A program made the translations under genes and the position numbers. DNA of 64,000 nucleotides from contig OZ024751.1 of assembly GCA_964016885.1 (NCBI GenBank), positions 10,168,001 to 10,232,000 of the forward strand. The letters run 5' to 3'. Below, piece by piece: positions 27,818 through 37,367 of the stretch (the stretch's first letter is position 1; every line of letters starts with the position of its first letter). Source of the DNA: Eledone cirrhosa. Taxonomy: Eukaryota. Below the pieces are notes generated by a model. It saw only the letters and a list, made by a program, of their open reading frames with translations, was not told the DNA's origin and searched no databases.

Positions 27818-30800
27818 TCATCATCATCATCATCATCAACGTTTAACGTCCGTGTTCCACGCTTGCATGGGTTTGGACGGGGGTAGTCCCACTTGAGGCA
27901 AGAGTGATTGTCTTGCTCGCATAGGACTGTCTGGCAGGTTTTCTACAGTTGGATGCCCTTCCTAACACCAACCACATTTACAGTGTGGGTCTGGGAGGTT
28001 TTTACCGTGTTGCCTACACGGCCACATTACAGCGTGGACTGTGTGTTTTTTTGTCGTGACACCTACACGATCTCATTTGTTTCGGCCTCGATGGCGCGGC
28101 ACCAACATAACTTTACATAGAACGGGGTGGTGTGGATGGGGTAGGGGTGGGGGTGGTGGGACGGGGTGTATTTTGTTAGGGATGCCTACTGGCTGGAGTA
28201 GGTTTTACTATATATTTAGGTAAGGCGGGTCTTCTCTGTTACTGAGTACCGCCAAAGGTCTCGGTCCAGTGACATTGTCTTGGAGAGGTGTAAGTGTGTG
28301 ATGTCGGAGTTTATCAGCTCGTCCCAGGTTTTTCTAGGTCTGCCTATTCCGTGACTACCGTCTATCTTTATTGCCCTGCACTTTGTTATACAGCTATCGA
28401 CTTTCATGCGCATCACGTGTCCATACCAACGTAGCCTTCTCTCGAGTAAACAACATCTGATCCCTCTTATCTCTAATTTTTTCCTTAGTTCGTTTATGCT
28501 TTGCCGTTCACGTATATTACTGTTACACATCCAGCGGAGCATGCAAGCTTCGTTCCTCTCTAGTCTGCGTATATCCTCTGCACACAATGCCCAGGTCTCA
28601 CTGCCATGCAGCATTGCTGTTCGTATGCAGGCATCGTACAACCTGCCTTTCATTTTTAGTGAGAACCCTTTAGCAGCTAATAGTGGTATAAGCTCTCTGA
28701 ACTTTTTCCAACCAGTTCTGACTCTAGCTACAGTACTTTCAGAGCACCCTCCCCCACTGCTGATTTTATCGCCCAGGTAACGGAAGCTGTCCACTATTTC
28801 TATAGAACCCTCTGCGCAATTGAAAGAGCTAGTAGCTTGTGGGCACTTGCTGCTACTTATTGCACTAGAGCACCGGCCACATGTAAAATCTATGTTCTTA
28901 GTTAGCTTACCTGTGATCCCACTACATCTTTTATGCACCCATACTTTGCATTTAGGACATAAAATGGAGTTTCTACCTACGCCTTTCCTACACACCGAGC
29001 ACGACCATTTCCCAGAAGGGACCGCCGCCTTGTTTTCTTTCCTACAAACTAGTACTTTGGTCTTAGCCAGGTTAATTTTAAGTCCTTTTGACTCTAGGCC
29101 GTGGTTCCATGTTTGGAATTTCTTCTCTAGCTCGGCCATTGATTCCGCTATGAGTGTCAGGTCGTCTGCGTATAGGAGTTCCCATGGGCAGCCTGTCTTG
29201 AACTCCTCTGTTATAGCCTGAAGGGCAATAATAAATAGTAGTGGGCTGAGAACAGAGCCCTGATGGACGCCAACTTTTACGCTAAACTCTTCACTATATT
29301 CGTTGTTAATTCTAACCTTGCTGACTGTTTCTTTATACATGGCTTGTATAGCCCTCACAAGCCATTCGTCAACGCCTAGTTTTCTAAGAGCCCACCAGAT
29401 AATGGAGCGGGGGACTCTGTCGAAGGCTTTCTCCAAGTCGACAAAAGCTAAGTAGAGGGGTTTACCTTTAGCTAGGTACTTCTCCTGTAGTTGTCGTACT
29501 ATGAAAAGAGCGTCTGTGGTACTTTTGCCTGACACAAACCCGAACTGCATTTCATCTAGGTCAATTCTCTCTCTGATTAGTTGCGCTATTACTTTTTCCG
29601 TGACCTTCATGACCTGGTCGATTAATTTAATGCCTCTATAGTTACTCCTATCTAGGGCGTCTCCTTTACCCTTATAACAGTTAACGATGATGCTGCTATG
29701 CCAGTCCTTCGGAACAACCCCATTCTGTACGACTTGGTTAACTATGCGGGTGACCATGGTGTGTCCCACCGTGCCAGATGCCTTCAGCATCTCAGCAACT
29801 ATTTCCGAAGGCCCAGCCGCCTTACCCGTCTTCATATCCTTGATTGCCTTACTTATTATACTCCCCTCGACTAACACTGCTGGTCCCTCTATTGGGTTGA
29901 TATGGGGGAGACTGCCTTTCTCCCAATTATTCTCCTCATTTAGTAGCCTTTCATAGTGACACTTCCAAGCTACCTTCTTATCAGCGTCGGTGATGGCAAG
30001 TGTGCCATCGTCGTTTAGTACACACTTCTCCCCGACAATATCACGGTTTTCCTTGACGCATTGCCTAGCAATCCTGAACACCTCACGTTTTTGGTCATCG
30101 CGTTGTAGAACATGCTTGAACTTTCTTTCCTCAGCTTCCCTTCTTGCTAAGTACACTTGTCTCCTAGCTTCCCTCCTGGCCACTTGATAGTCCTCTCTAC
30201 TTCCCCCATCCCGCCATACTTTCCAAGCCTGCTTTTTGGCCTTAATTGACCCCTCCACCTTACTGTTCCACCACCATGTTACTCTCCTCCTGCCTACAGG
30301 CCTGCTCCAGCCACAGACTTCGTCTGTCGCCAACAGCAGGTTTGCTTTCAGAAATTCCCACTCTCCCTCTATATTGTCCGACTCTAAATGTTCTTCCTTA
30401 CTGTCGAAAGCATCAAGTAATATGCTTTGAAATTTATTCCTGGCTGTGGGGTCCTTTAGCTTCCATATTTTCCTCCTGAGGATAGTCCTCTTCTGTTGTC
30501 GAGTACGTCTCGTCCTGACTATGAGGTCGCTAATTATCAGTCTATGTTGGGAGGTGCATTCTTCATGGGGGAGGGATTTAGTGTTTACAACAGACACTCT
30601 GTCACGTCTTCTGGTAAGGATATAATCTACCTGGCTTGTGTGTTCCCCGGATCTATAGGTGATCAAGTGATTGTCACGTTTTTTGAAGTTAGTGTTACAG
30701 ATAGTTAGGTTATTTGCATCACAGAATTCCAGGATTCTGGAGCCTTCCTCATTTCTAGTACCAAACCCATAGCCTCCATGGATTTCGTCGTAGCCGTCAC

Positions 30801-31350
30801 AATGTTGTCCAACGTGACCATTTAGGTCGCCTGCGATAATTATATAGTCACTGTCGGATATTTGGGAGGTAGTTAGCATCAGTGTCTCATAGAATCTGTC
30901 TTTTATAGTGCCGGGCAGTCCGGATTGGGGTGCGTACGCAGATATTACTGTCACCGTAGTTCTATTGAGGACAAGTCGTATTTTAATTATTCTGTCGGTC
31001 ACTCTATTTACGTCTATTATCTTATCTGCCCACTTTTCTGCTACCATGATTCCTACTCCACCCAGCCCATCGTCGTTTCCCACCCAGAAAAGCTTATAAC
31101 ATCGTTTTTTACCCTCAATGAACCTAGCAGACCCACCCCTCCACCTGGTCTCTTGAATACAACAAACATCGACCTCCTTACGTTCAAGCATTTCTACAAC
31201 CTCGTTAGCGCGACCCTTTAGGGTGCCTACATTTATGGTACCAACTCTGAAGTTTTGGATTGCGTTTGGGGGTTGGGGGCGGTGGGGGGCGGGGGGCGAT
31301 GGGGTTATGTTAGCCGTCCGCGGTCGAAACAATGAGGAGTGCTCGCATTC
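27818..31350 (-). mobile_element. RTE-clade LINE subfamily A, near full-length
   Basis: Single APE+RT ORF, ~400-bp 3' UTR, (GAT)n tail. Confidence 0.95.
28216..31332 (-). CDS. RTE ORF: AP endonuclease + reverse transcriptase with embedded PHD finger
   Basis: APE motifs INV, IQETRW, SAYAPQ, GDLNGH, VDYIL, SQH. RT motifs QFGF, DLEKAFD, GVHQG, YADD, FRYLG. C-terminal [16 protein letters not shown]. The frame stays open to the 5' junction with no upstream ATG. Confidence 0.95.
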   Translation of the reverse strand: MFRPRTANITPSPPAPHRPQPPNAIQNFRVGTINVGTLKGRANEVVEMLERKEVDVCCIQETRWRGGSARFIEGKKRCYKLFWVGNDDGLGGVGIMVAEKWADKIIDVNRVTDRIIKIRLVLNRTTVTVISAYAPQSGLPGTIKDRFYETLMLTTSQISDSDYIIIAGDLNGHVGQHCDGYDEIHGGYGFGTRNEEGSRILEFCDANNLTICNTNFKKRDNHLITYRSGEHTSQVDYILTRRRDRVSVVNTKSLPHEECTSQHRLIISDLIVRTRRTRQQKRTILRRKIWKLKDPTARNKFQSILLDAFDSKEEHLESDNIEGEWEFLKANLLLATDEVCGWSRPVGRRRVTWWWNSKVEGSIKAKKQAWKVWRDGGSREDYQVARREARRQVYLARREAEERKFKHVLQRDDQKREVFRIARQCVKENRDIVGEKCVLNDDGTLAITDADKKVAWKCHYERLLNEENNWEKGSLPHINPIEGPAVLVEGSIISKAIKDMKTGKAAGPSEIVAEMLKASGTVGHTMVTRIVNQVVQNGVVPKDWHSSIIVNCYKGKGDALDRSNYRGIKLIDQVMKVTEKVIAQLIRERIDLDEMQFGFVSGKSTTDALFIVRQLQEKYLAKGKPLYLAFVDLEKAFDRVPRSIIWWALRKLGVDEWLVRAIQAMYKETVSKVRINNEYSEEFSVKVGVHQGSVLSPLLFIIALQAITEEFKTGCPWELLYADDLTLIAESMAELEKKFQTWNHGLESKGLKINLAKTKVLVCRKENKAAVPSGKWSCSVCRKGVGRNSILCPKCKVWVHKRCSGITGKLTKNIDFTCGRCSSAISSSKCPQATSSFNCAEGSIEIVDSFRYLGDKISSGGGCSESTVARVRTGWKKFRELIPLLAAKGFSLKMKGRLYDACIRTAMLHGSETWALCAEDIRRLERNEACMLRWMCNSNIRERQSINELRKKLEIRGIRCCLLERRLRWYGHVMRMKVDSCITKCRAIKIDGSHGIGRPRKTWDELINSDITHLHLSKTMSLDRDLWRYSVTEKTRLT

Positions 31351-31556
31351 TGTACTGGGTAATTGCTGGCCTTGTGCCTAAAATAGAAACAATTATTTTT
31401 TTATACATATAATTATGTTTTTTTCTTTACATGCAGAAATGCCCATTTGTACTGCCCTGTACTGTCCTTAATGTTATACTTTATGTCAACCCTTGTTGTT
31501 AATAAAGACAGCATTATTTTAATCATCACCATTGTTATTATTATTATCACTTACTA

Positions 31557-31945
31557 GGGCAGTGGATTGGCAGTATCGGTAGAGGGTCGGACAACATGCT
31601 TTGACGCATAGAGTTACGGCCCTTGCCAGTTCAAATTCCGCCAAGGATAACTTTGCCTTTAATCCTTACAGGGTCGATAAAATAAAATACCAGTAATGCA
31701 CTGGGTAATTGCTGGCCTTGTGCCAAATGTAGAAACAATTATTATTGGGATTTGGTGTCCTTGTACTAAAAGTAGAAACAATTATTATTGGGATTTGAAC
31801 TCAGAATGTAAAAGGGCATAGAGTTACGGCCCTTTACATTCTGAGTTCAAATCACACCTAACAAGGTTGATAAAATAAAGTACCTGTAATGCATTGGGGT
31901 TGATTTGATCAACTTTCCCCTCCCCCAAATTGCTGGTCTTGTGAT
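31557..31945 (+). mobile_element. SINE family 1 copies (full 31557-31746; rearranged 31792-31945)
   Basis: A box tggcagtatcgg, B box agttcaaattc, shared body. Fold-back at 31792-31853. Confidence 0.8.
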
Positions 31946-31958
31946 GATGATGATAAAG

Positions 31959-32149
31959 ATAATTGTTTCTACTTTAGGCACAAGGCCAGCAATTACCCAG
32001 TACATTACTGGTACTTTATTTTATCGACCCCCGTAAGGATGAAAGGCAAAGTCAACCTCGGCGGGATTTGAACTCAGATCGTAAAGGCACGTAACTATGC
32101 TGGAAAGCATGGCGTCCGACCCTCTACCGATACTGCCAATCCACCGCCC
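31959..32149 (-). mobile_element. SINE family 1, full-length tRNA-derived copy
   Basis: Reverse complement ggcggtggattggcagtatcggtag...gagttcaaatcccgccgaggttgactttgcc...gtagaaacaattat, inserted in (GAT)n. Confidence 0.85.
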
Positions 32150-32546
32150 TTGATGATGATAAAGATAATGATGATTATGATGATGTTGATGATTATGATG
32201 ATAATTATAATTATGATGATAATGCTTGTTATGATGATTATGATTGATATCACTTCCGTATATTCACGACACAACATGAACATAGAAACTAATGCAGTTT
32301 CCAATCATTTTGAACTTTCACCAGTTATTTTTTCTATTAATTCCAATACTAGTTTATATGGTGTTAAGAAATAATTAGAAGATGGTTCTTCACAAAATAT
32401 GTCAGAACTCTCTCACCAGAGATTATTCTAAATTACAACAGTTTGACAACTACCATAAACTTACTAATTCAGAATATGATATGATGAAGTATATATGTGC
32501 ATATACATTATATAATATATATAATACAATATATATATATATTATA

Positions 32547-33305
32547 CTAGCAGAATGGCCCTGTGTTGCTCAGGCTTCTAAACATAGATTGGCATGTTTA
32601 TCCCGCCTTCCTGAAACAGTACAGAGAAGTACGGAATACCTCGGCCTCAGGAGGGTGTCTACATTTTGTGCTTATAAAAAAATTTGTTGTATTACCAGGG
32701 GGGTTTAACTTAATTTGGTGCCTGAGAATAAAATGTTCAACCCACGAAACCCAAGACAATAGGGTTAAGTAAAAAGGCATTCAACAAACCGAACATGTAT
32801 TTGTTGTGCTATGGTACAATGAAATCAATAGTTTCAGAGCAGTAAGCATGTGGGACTGCAGTGGTGGAGAGCATGAAGGAATTTAGTTGGATACTTTTAA
32901 GGTTACAAAAATCTACCCAATCTGATATAGACTGAACTGTTATATTGGAAGCCGAACGCTTCGGCGTTATTATTGGGGTCACCATCAAAACTTTCAAGGG
33001 ATGTACGTTTAAATAGGGATAATATAGTCTATAAAGAGAGATAACACTTTTAAAATACTAAAGAGTTGTCTCTCTTGAACATTGTAGACAAAATTGCAGA
33101 CAAAAAGGGCTTAAAGTTTTAGTGAAAAAAAACGCTTTTAACAACAGAAAATTGAAAAATAAAAGCTGCAGTTAATATCTTTAGACTGTAAGGAATATAT
33201 AAATGAAAGTTTGAAGTCAATCGAAGTAGAAATGTCGATTTATATAGACTTTGCCAAAATTAGGACACACACACACAGACAACTTCAGTTTTATATATAT
33301 ATAGA
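32547..33305 (-). mobile_element. Non-autonomous Helitron
   Basis: Minus strand a|TCtatatatataaaactgaag ... cctgagcaacacagg hairpin ... CTAG|t. 5'-TC, 3'-CTAG, subterminal hairpin, A/T target, no TSD. Confidence 0.7.
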
Positions 33306-33440
33306 TTGTATAATATGTTTTATATATATATATATACATATATATTATATATATATATGTTACATATATATGTATTATATAATATTATATATATTATATA
33401 ACATACAATATTTATTATACAATATTATATTATATTATGC

Positions 33441-33595
33441 CGGACGCCGTGCTTTCCAGCATATTTATGTCCCTTTACGGTCTGTGTTCAAATCCCGTCG
33501 AAGTTAACTTTGCCTTTCATCCTTACAGGGTCAATAAAATAAAGTACCAGTAATGTACTGGGTAATTGCTGGCCTTGTGCCAAATGTAGAAACAC
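33441..33595 (+). mobile_element. SINE family 1, partial
   Basis: Matches the body of 31959-32149. Confidence 0.8.
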
Positions 33596-33836
33596 TTATA
33601 TAATATATATATAATATAATAAATATAATATATATAATATATATATATACCTATATAATATATATATATATATATTTAATATATATATATATATATATAA
33701 TATAAGCAAAGAGGTATTTAATTTGTTAGTAATTCAACAAATATATTTATAACAGATTCGAAGCACTCATCAAGTTACCTGGAGTATAATATCAATGATA
33801 TTAATAAATGGAAACTATATCTATAAAACCATATTT

Positions 33837-33896
33837 ATTTTATTACATATATTTCAAGGGTACCAAAAACTTTGGTACGCTCTCATCAGATAAAAT
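33837..33896 (-). ncRNA. Type I hammerhead ribozyme motif
   Basis: Reverse complement attttat-CTGATGA-gagcgtacca...tggtaccctt-GAAA-tatatg-TA-ataaaat. 7-bp stem I, GUA site. Flanks are homologous to the 40009-40330 palindrome. Confidence 0.85.
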
Positions 33897-33988
33897 ACAA
33901 AATTTGTTTTATAAATATTGACATACTCCAGAAACCAGACCTTATCAGTTCAGGTTCCTGAATACGATATATATATATATATATATAT

Positions 33989-34339
33989 TCATCACCATTC
34001 TATGTCCGTTCTTCCATGCTAGCATGGGTTAGACAGGTTGTCCTGTTGTGGGCAGTGTCCGGTTGGCTGACCTTGTCTTGCTCATATGGGAACTGATTCT
34101 GGCTTGAAATAAATGTCTTGAAATAAAGTGTCTTGCTCAAGGATGTGTTGTTTCCTTGTGCAAGACACTTTATTTCACATTGCTCCAGTTTACTCAGCTG
34201 TAGAAATGAGATGATAGGATTGGAGTCCCTATCATTCCACTGCAAAGTGGTCATGGAGGTGCCATGGCAAAAAAGCACCCAGCACTCACTGTATATGAGA
34301 TTCGTGTTAGGAAGGACATCCAGCTGTAGAAATCAAGCC

Positions 34340-34340
<1 letters not shown>
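33989..34340. mobile_element. RTE-tailed SINE with 5' inversion
   Basis: 33989-34107 is collinear with 1711-1836, while 34143-34340 is the reverse complement of ~1828-2076. Confidence 0.8.
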
Positions 34341-34376
<36 letters not shown>

Positions 34377-34379
<3 letters not shown>

Positions 34380-34978
34380 CTGAAAAAATGAAACGAAATT
34401 TCATTTCCCAATCTTAGTACGGCTGTTACTTAAATATAAGTATGTACACGTACATACATATATGTATACAGACGTACAGTAGTATGTATATATATATACA
34501 TACATGCACACATATATATGTACGTATGGATTCACCGAACATTTATTATAATGCTCGGTGTGTTTGTAAACAAACTTCCCGTATTAAGCCGTAGTGTCCA
34601 GTAACCATCGTTGCTCGTTTGTTCAACACTGACAAAGGAACGCTGTACTAGTTTCAAGCTTATTAGCTATCGTCAGCAATGTATATCTTCCTGCCAGATT
34701 GTTGAACATATATACTTACCTTATGCATATTAACGGCTGAGTAGCCCAATTTGCATATCGAGTGGGTTAATCGGCCGGGTGCACCAAAAACGATAAACGG
34801 AAAAAATGAAACGAAATTTCATTTCCCACTCTTAGTACGGCTGCTACTTAAATATAAGTATGTTCATGTACATACATATATGTATACAAACGTACAGTAG
34901 TATGTATATATATATACATACATGCACACATATATATATGTACGTATGGATTCACCGAAGATTTATTATAATGCTCGG
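34377..34978 (-). mobile_element. ~1.4 tandem copies of a ~420-bp hammerhead-containing unit
   Basis: Direct repeats 34377-34558 and 34795-34978 (period 418-420) with a hammerhead in the unique middle. No ORF. Confidence 0.65.
34641..34681 (-). ncRNA. Minimal type I hammerhead motif
   Basis: Reverse complement cattg-CTGACGA-t-agct-aata-agct-t-GAAA-ctag-TA-cagcg. Palindromic ctag stem III, GUA site. One mismatch each in stems I and II. Confidence 0.75.
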
Positions 34979-35263
34979 CAGGAGGTCAAGCAAGTATACT
35001 AGGGAGGGGGATATACTTGGTTGATTACTACTAACTCTTAAAATGGTCTCACTACAATTCCGTCCCACCTAGTAAACTTTTCTGTAGTTTAGCAGTACCA
35101 GTGAGAGACTTGATGACTGTGGTTAGGGAATAGTAACCAGGAATTGTTTTTTTATATTTTTAACATTCTTGGTATTCTTCTATATATTGACTTCATATTG
35201 ATTTACTTATTGTTTCGACTTCCTCCCCCTCCCCTCCCTAGTATACTTGCTTGACCTCCTGCC
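34977..35263. repeat. 33-bp inverted repeats bounding a ~290-bp segment
   Basis: ggcaggaggtcaagcaagtatactagggagggg / cccctccctagtatacttgcttgacctcctgcc. No clear TSD. Confidence 0.8.
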
Positions 35264-35434
35264 CACTGTAGTTGGCACTATCAACGCACGACTGGGTTTC
35301 TCCACTCCCTCTTTCTTCTACTGGCAGGTTCAGCTACCCCCTTCCTTCCACAAATTGCCATGATAGAATTATGTGTCTCAACAACAAACTTTTGACCAAT
35401 CCTTGTGACAATCACTTTTACCATATATGGAATT

Positions 35435-35530
35435 ACCCCCTGAGAAGCTCGGCTATTCATATACCAGGATAAAAATTTTCATTTAGTCCAGAATTAGCCG
35501 TCGAAACGGCTTGAGCTCAGCCGTCGGGGT
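35435..35530 (+). ncRNA. Type I hammerhead motif with variant core
   Basis: acccc-CTGAGAA-gct-cggcta...tagccg-tc-GAAA-cggct-tgagctc-agccg-TC-ggggt. All three stems and a GUC site are present, but G8 reads A. Confidence 0.7.
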
Positions 35531-35590
35531 CCTACTCGTTCCTATATATATATTTATATATATATATTTACATATATAGAGATATTTATA

Positions 35591-35626
<36 letters not shown>

Positions 35627-36040
35627 CATATATATATATTTACATATATATATATATATCTATATAGAGAGATATTTATATATTTATATATATTTATATA
35701 TATATATATATATATATTTACATATATATATATATATATATATATTTACATATATATATATTTATATATATTTATAGTGGCGATGAATTAGTTTTGCGAG
35801 GTTTTTTATATGAAATTGTGTGTCGAAACAAATATTGTTATACTTGGGGAGGGTCATATTTGTGTAATATTGCCAGAATTAATAACAGAACACACTCACT
35901 GTTTGGTTGGTTTTCGATTCTCGCTTCTGTGTCTTTTATATCGGTAATCTAACTTACTCGGTCCTCAATGTTGCCATTGACTGACCGACGGTCAAAAATA
36001 ATACAGATACAATATAGACACCAACACATATATATAGTTT

Positions 36041-36082
36041 ATCATAAATCTTTCGTTGCACATCTGCAACATCGTCAGTGAT
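36041..36082 (-). ncRNA. Minimal hammerhead in the Penelope pLTR
   Basis: Reverse complement atca-CTGACGA-t-gttgca-gatg-tgcaac-GAAA-gatt-TA-tgat. Extra U after A9, UUA site. Confidence 0.8.
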
Positions 36083-36321
36083 GTTATATTATCCTCCTGT
36101 TGTATTGTATGTCTACGCCATTTTTATTCAGTCTGTCTATATATTTATTTATTTATTTGCTTGTTTGTTTATTTTATTTTGTCTTCTTTGCGCATGCGTT
36201 TGCGTGTATGTATAGTGTTTTGTTTGCTGTGTGATGGGTGACTAGTGTGTGTTTATGTGCTTGCTGTTATTGTGCTGGTGTATGTATTTATTTATTTATT
36301 TATTTAATTTTATTTACTTAT

Positions 36322-37250
36322 TTATACTTCTCTTAGGTCAGTGTTGTTTGTTTGGGTGTTGTTGTTATTCCATTCATTCTTTCTGTTTAGCCTTGGTCTT
36401 CTAATTTCTATTTCACTGGCCTCTCTGATTTGCCTATCTGCTGGGTCATTTCTATGTTTAGATATTATTCTAATTTCTATGTTGTCTATGTTACCGTCAT
36501 GTTGTTGTCTAGCATGTTCGTATAGTACTGACCCGTTTTTTCGTCCTTTTAGTTCCCCCCAGTGTTGGTCTATCCTTTCACCTATGCTACGAGCTGTCTC
36601 ACCTATGTATGTTGTTGTCATGTTTCTGCAAGTACCCTCTGTACATCTTATGCTATAGACTACGTTTCTAGTTTTACAGTTTATCCGGGGGTTCACCTTA
36701 CATATGATACATTTCCTATTGGTACAGTGGGTTTTCTTAAAAGGGTAGGTTTTGCTGATCAGGGATTTTATGGTGGTTCCTGGCTTTTCTACCACCTTAA
36801 TTTTTAAGTGGGTCTTTCTCAGGGCCTTTCTACACTGGTTAGCTAATTTCCCTCCAGGGGTAGCGTCCACAAACATGACACTCTGGTATCTCTGGTTGTC
36901 GTACCATGAGGTGGCTTTCCCTATCTTATGTCTAGCCCTATCTAAACTATTCCATGATTTGCTCCTGTATAATGGACAAATTCCTTTCATATCCAGTTCT
37001 ATGAGGGTCTTATACTTCTCCATGGCTCCTTCGTATACTTTGACTGTCTCTTTGGTTGTAGCCAGAGAACTGCATGCGATTGATGAAGTGTTGGATGTGT
37101 CTTACCATTTCTGTTGGGTCGCACATGCGGGACACATTCTTCATCACCCGTACCAAATCTGCGATCAGAATATTAAACTTAGCACTACTGGACATTGCTG
37201 AGTTTTTGAGTATCAGGTATTTGGAGGCCATGGGTTTAGCATAGTGTGAG
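36322..37250 (-). pseudogene. Penelope ORF C-terminus: RT thumb, Cys-rich linker, GIY-YIG endonuclease (frameshift near 37020)
   Basis: HYAKPMAS..SAM..KFNIL (thumb), CTNRKCIIC (linker), NVVYSIRC...C...YIGETARSIGERIDQH and REASEI...LNRKNE (GIY-YIG). Confidence 0.9.
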
Positions 37251-37367
37251 AAGCGAAAACCAACCAAACAGTGAGTGTGTTCTGTTATTAATTCTGGCAA
37301 TATTACACAAATATGACCTTCCCCAAGTATAACTATATATATTTATATATATATATATATATATATA

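Larger units (their letters stand above)
35832..37333 (-). mobile_element. Penelope-like element (Neptune/Nematis-like), 5'-truncated with inverted pLTR piece
   Basis: RT thumb plus GIY-YIG ORF, and a 3' pLTR with a hammerhead. 37248-37333 is the reverse complement of 35838-35922. Flanked by (TA)n. Confidence 0.9.

Noticed and set aside
28406-31221. Plus-strand ORFs over the RTE (likewise over the other RTE and Tx1 copies)
   Set aside because: Antisense or alternate-frame shadows of LINE ORFs.
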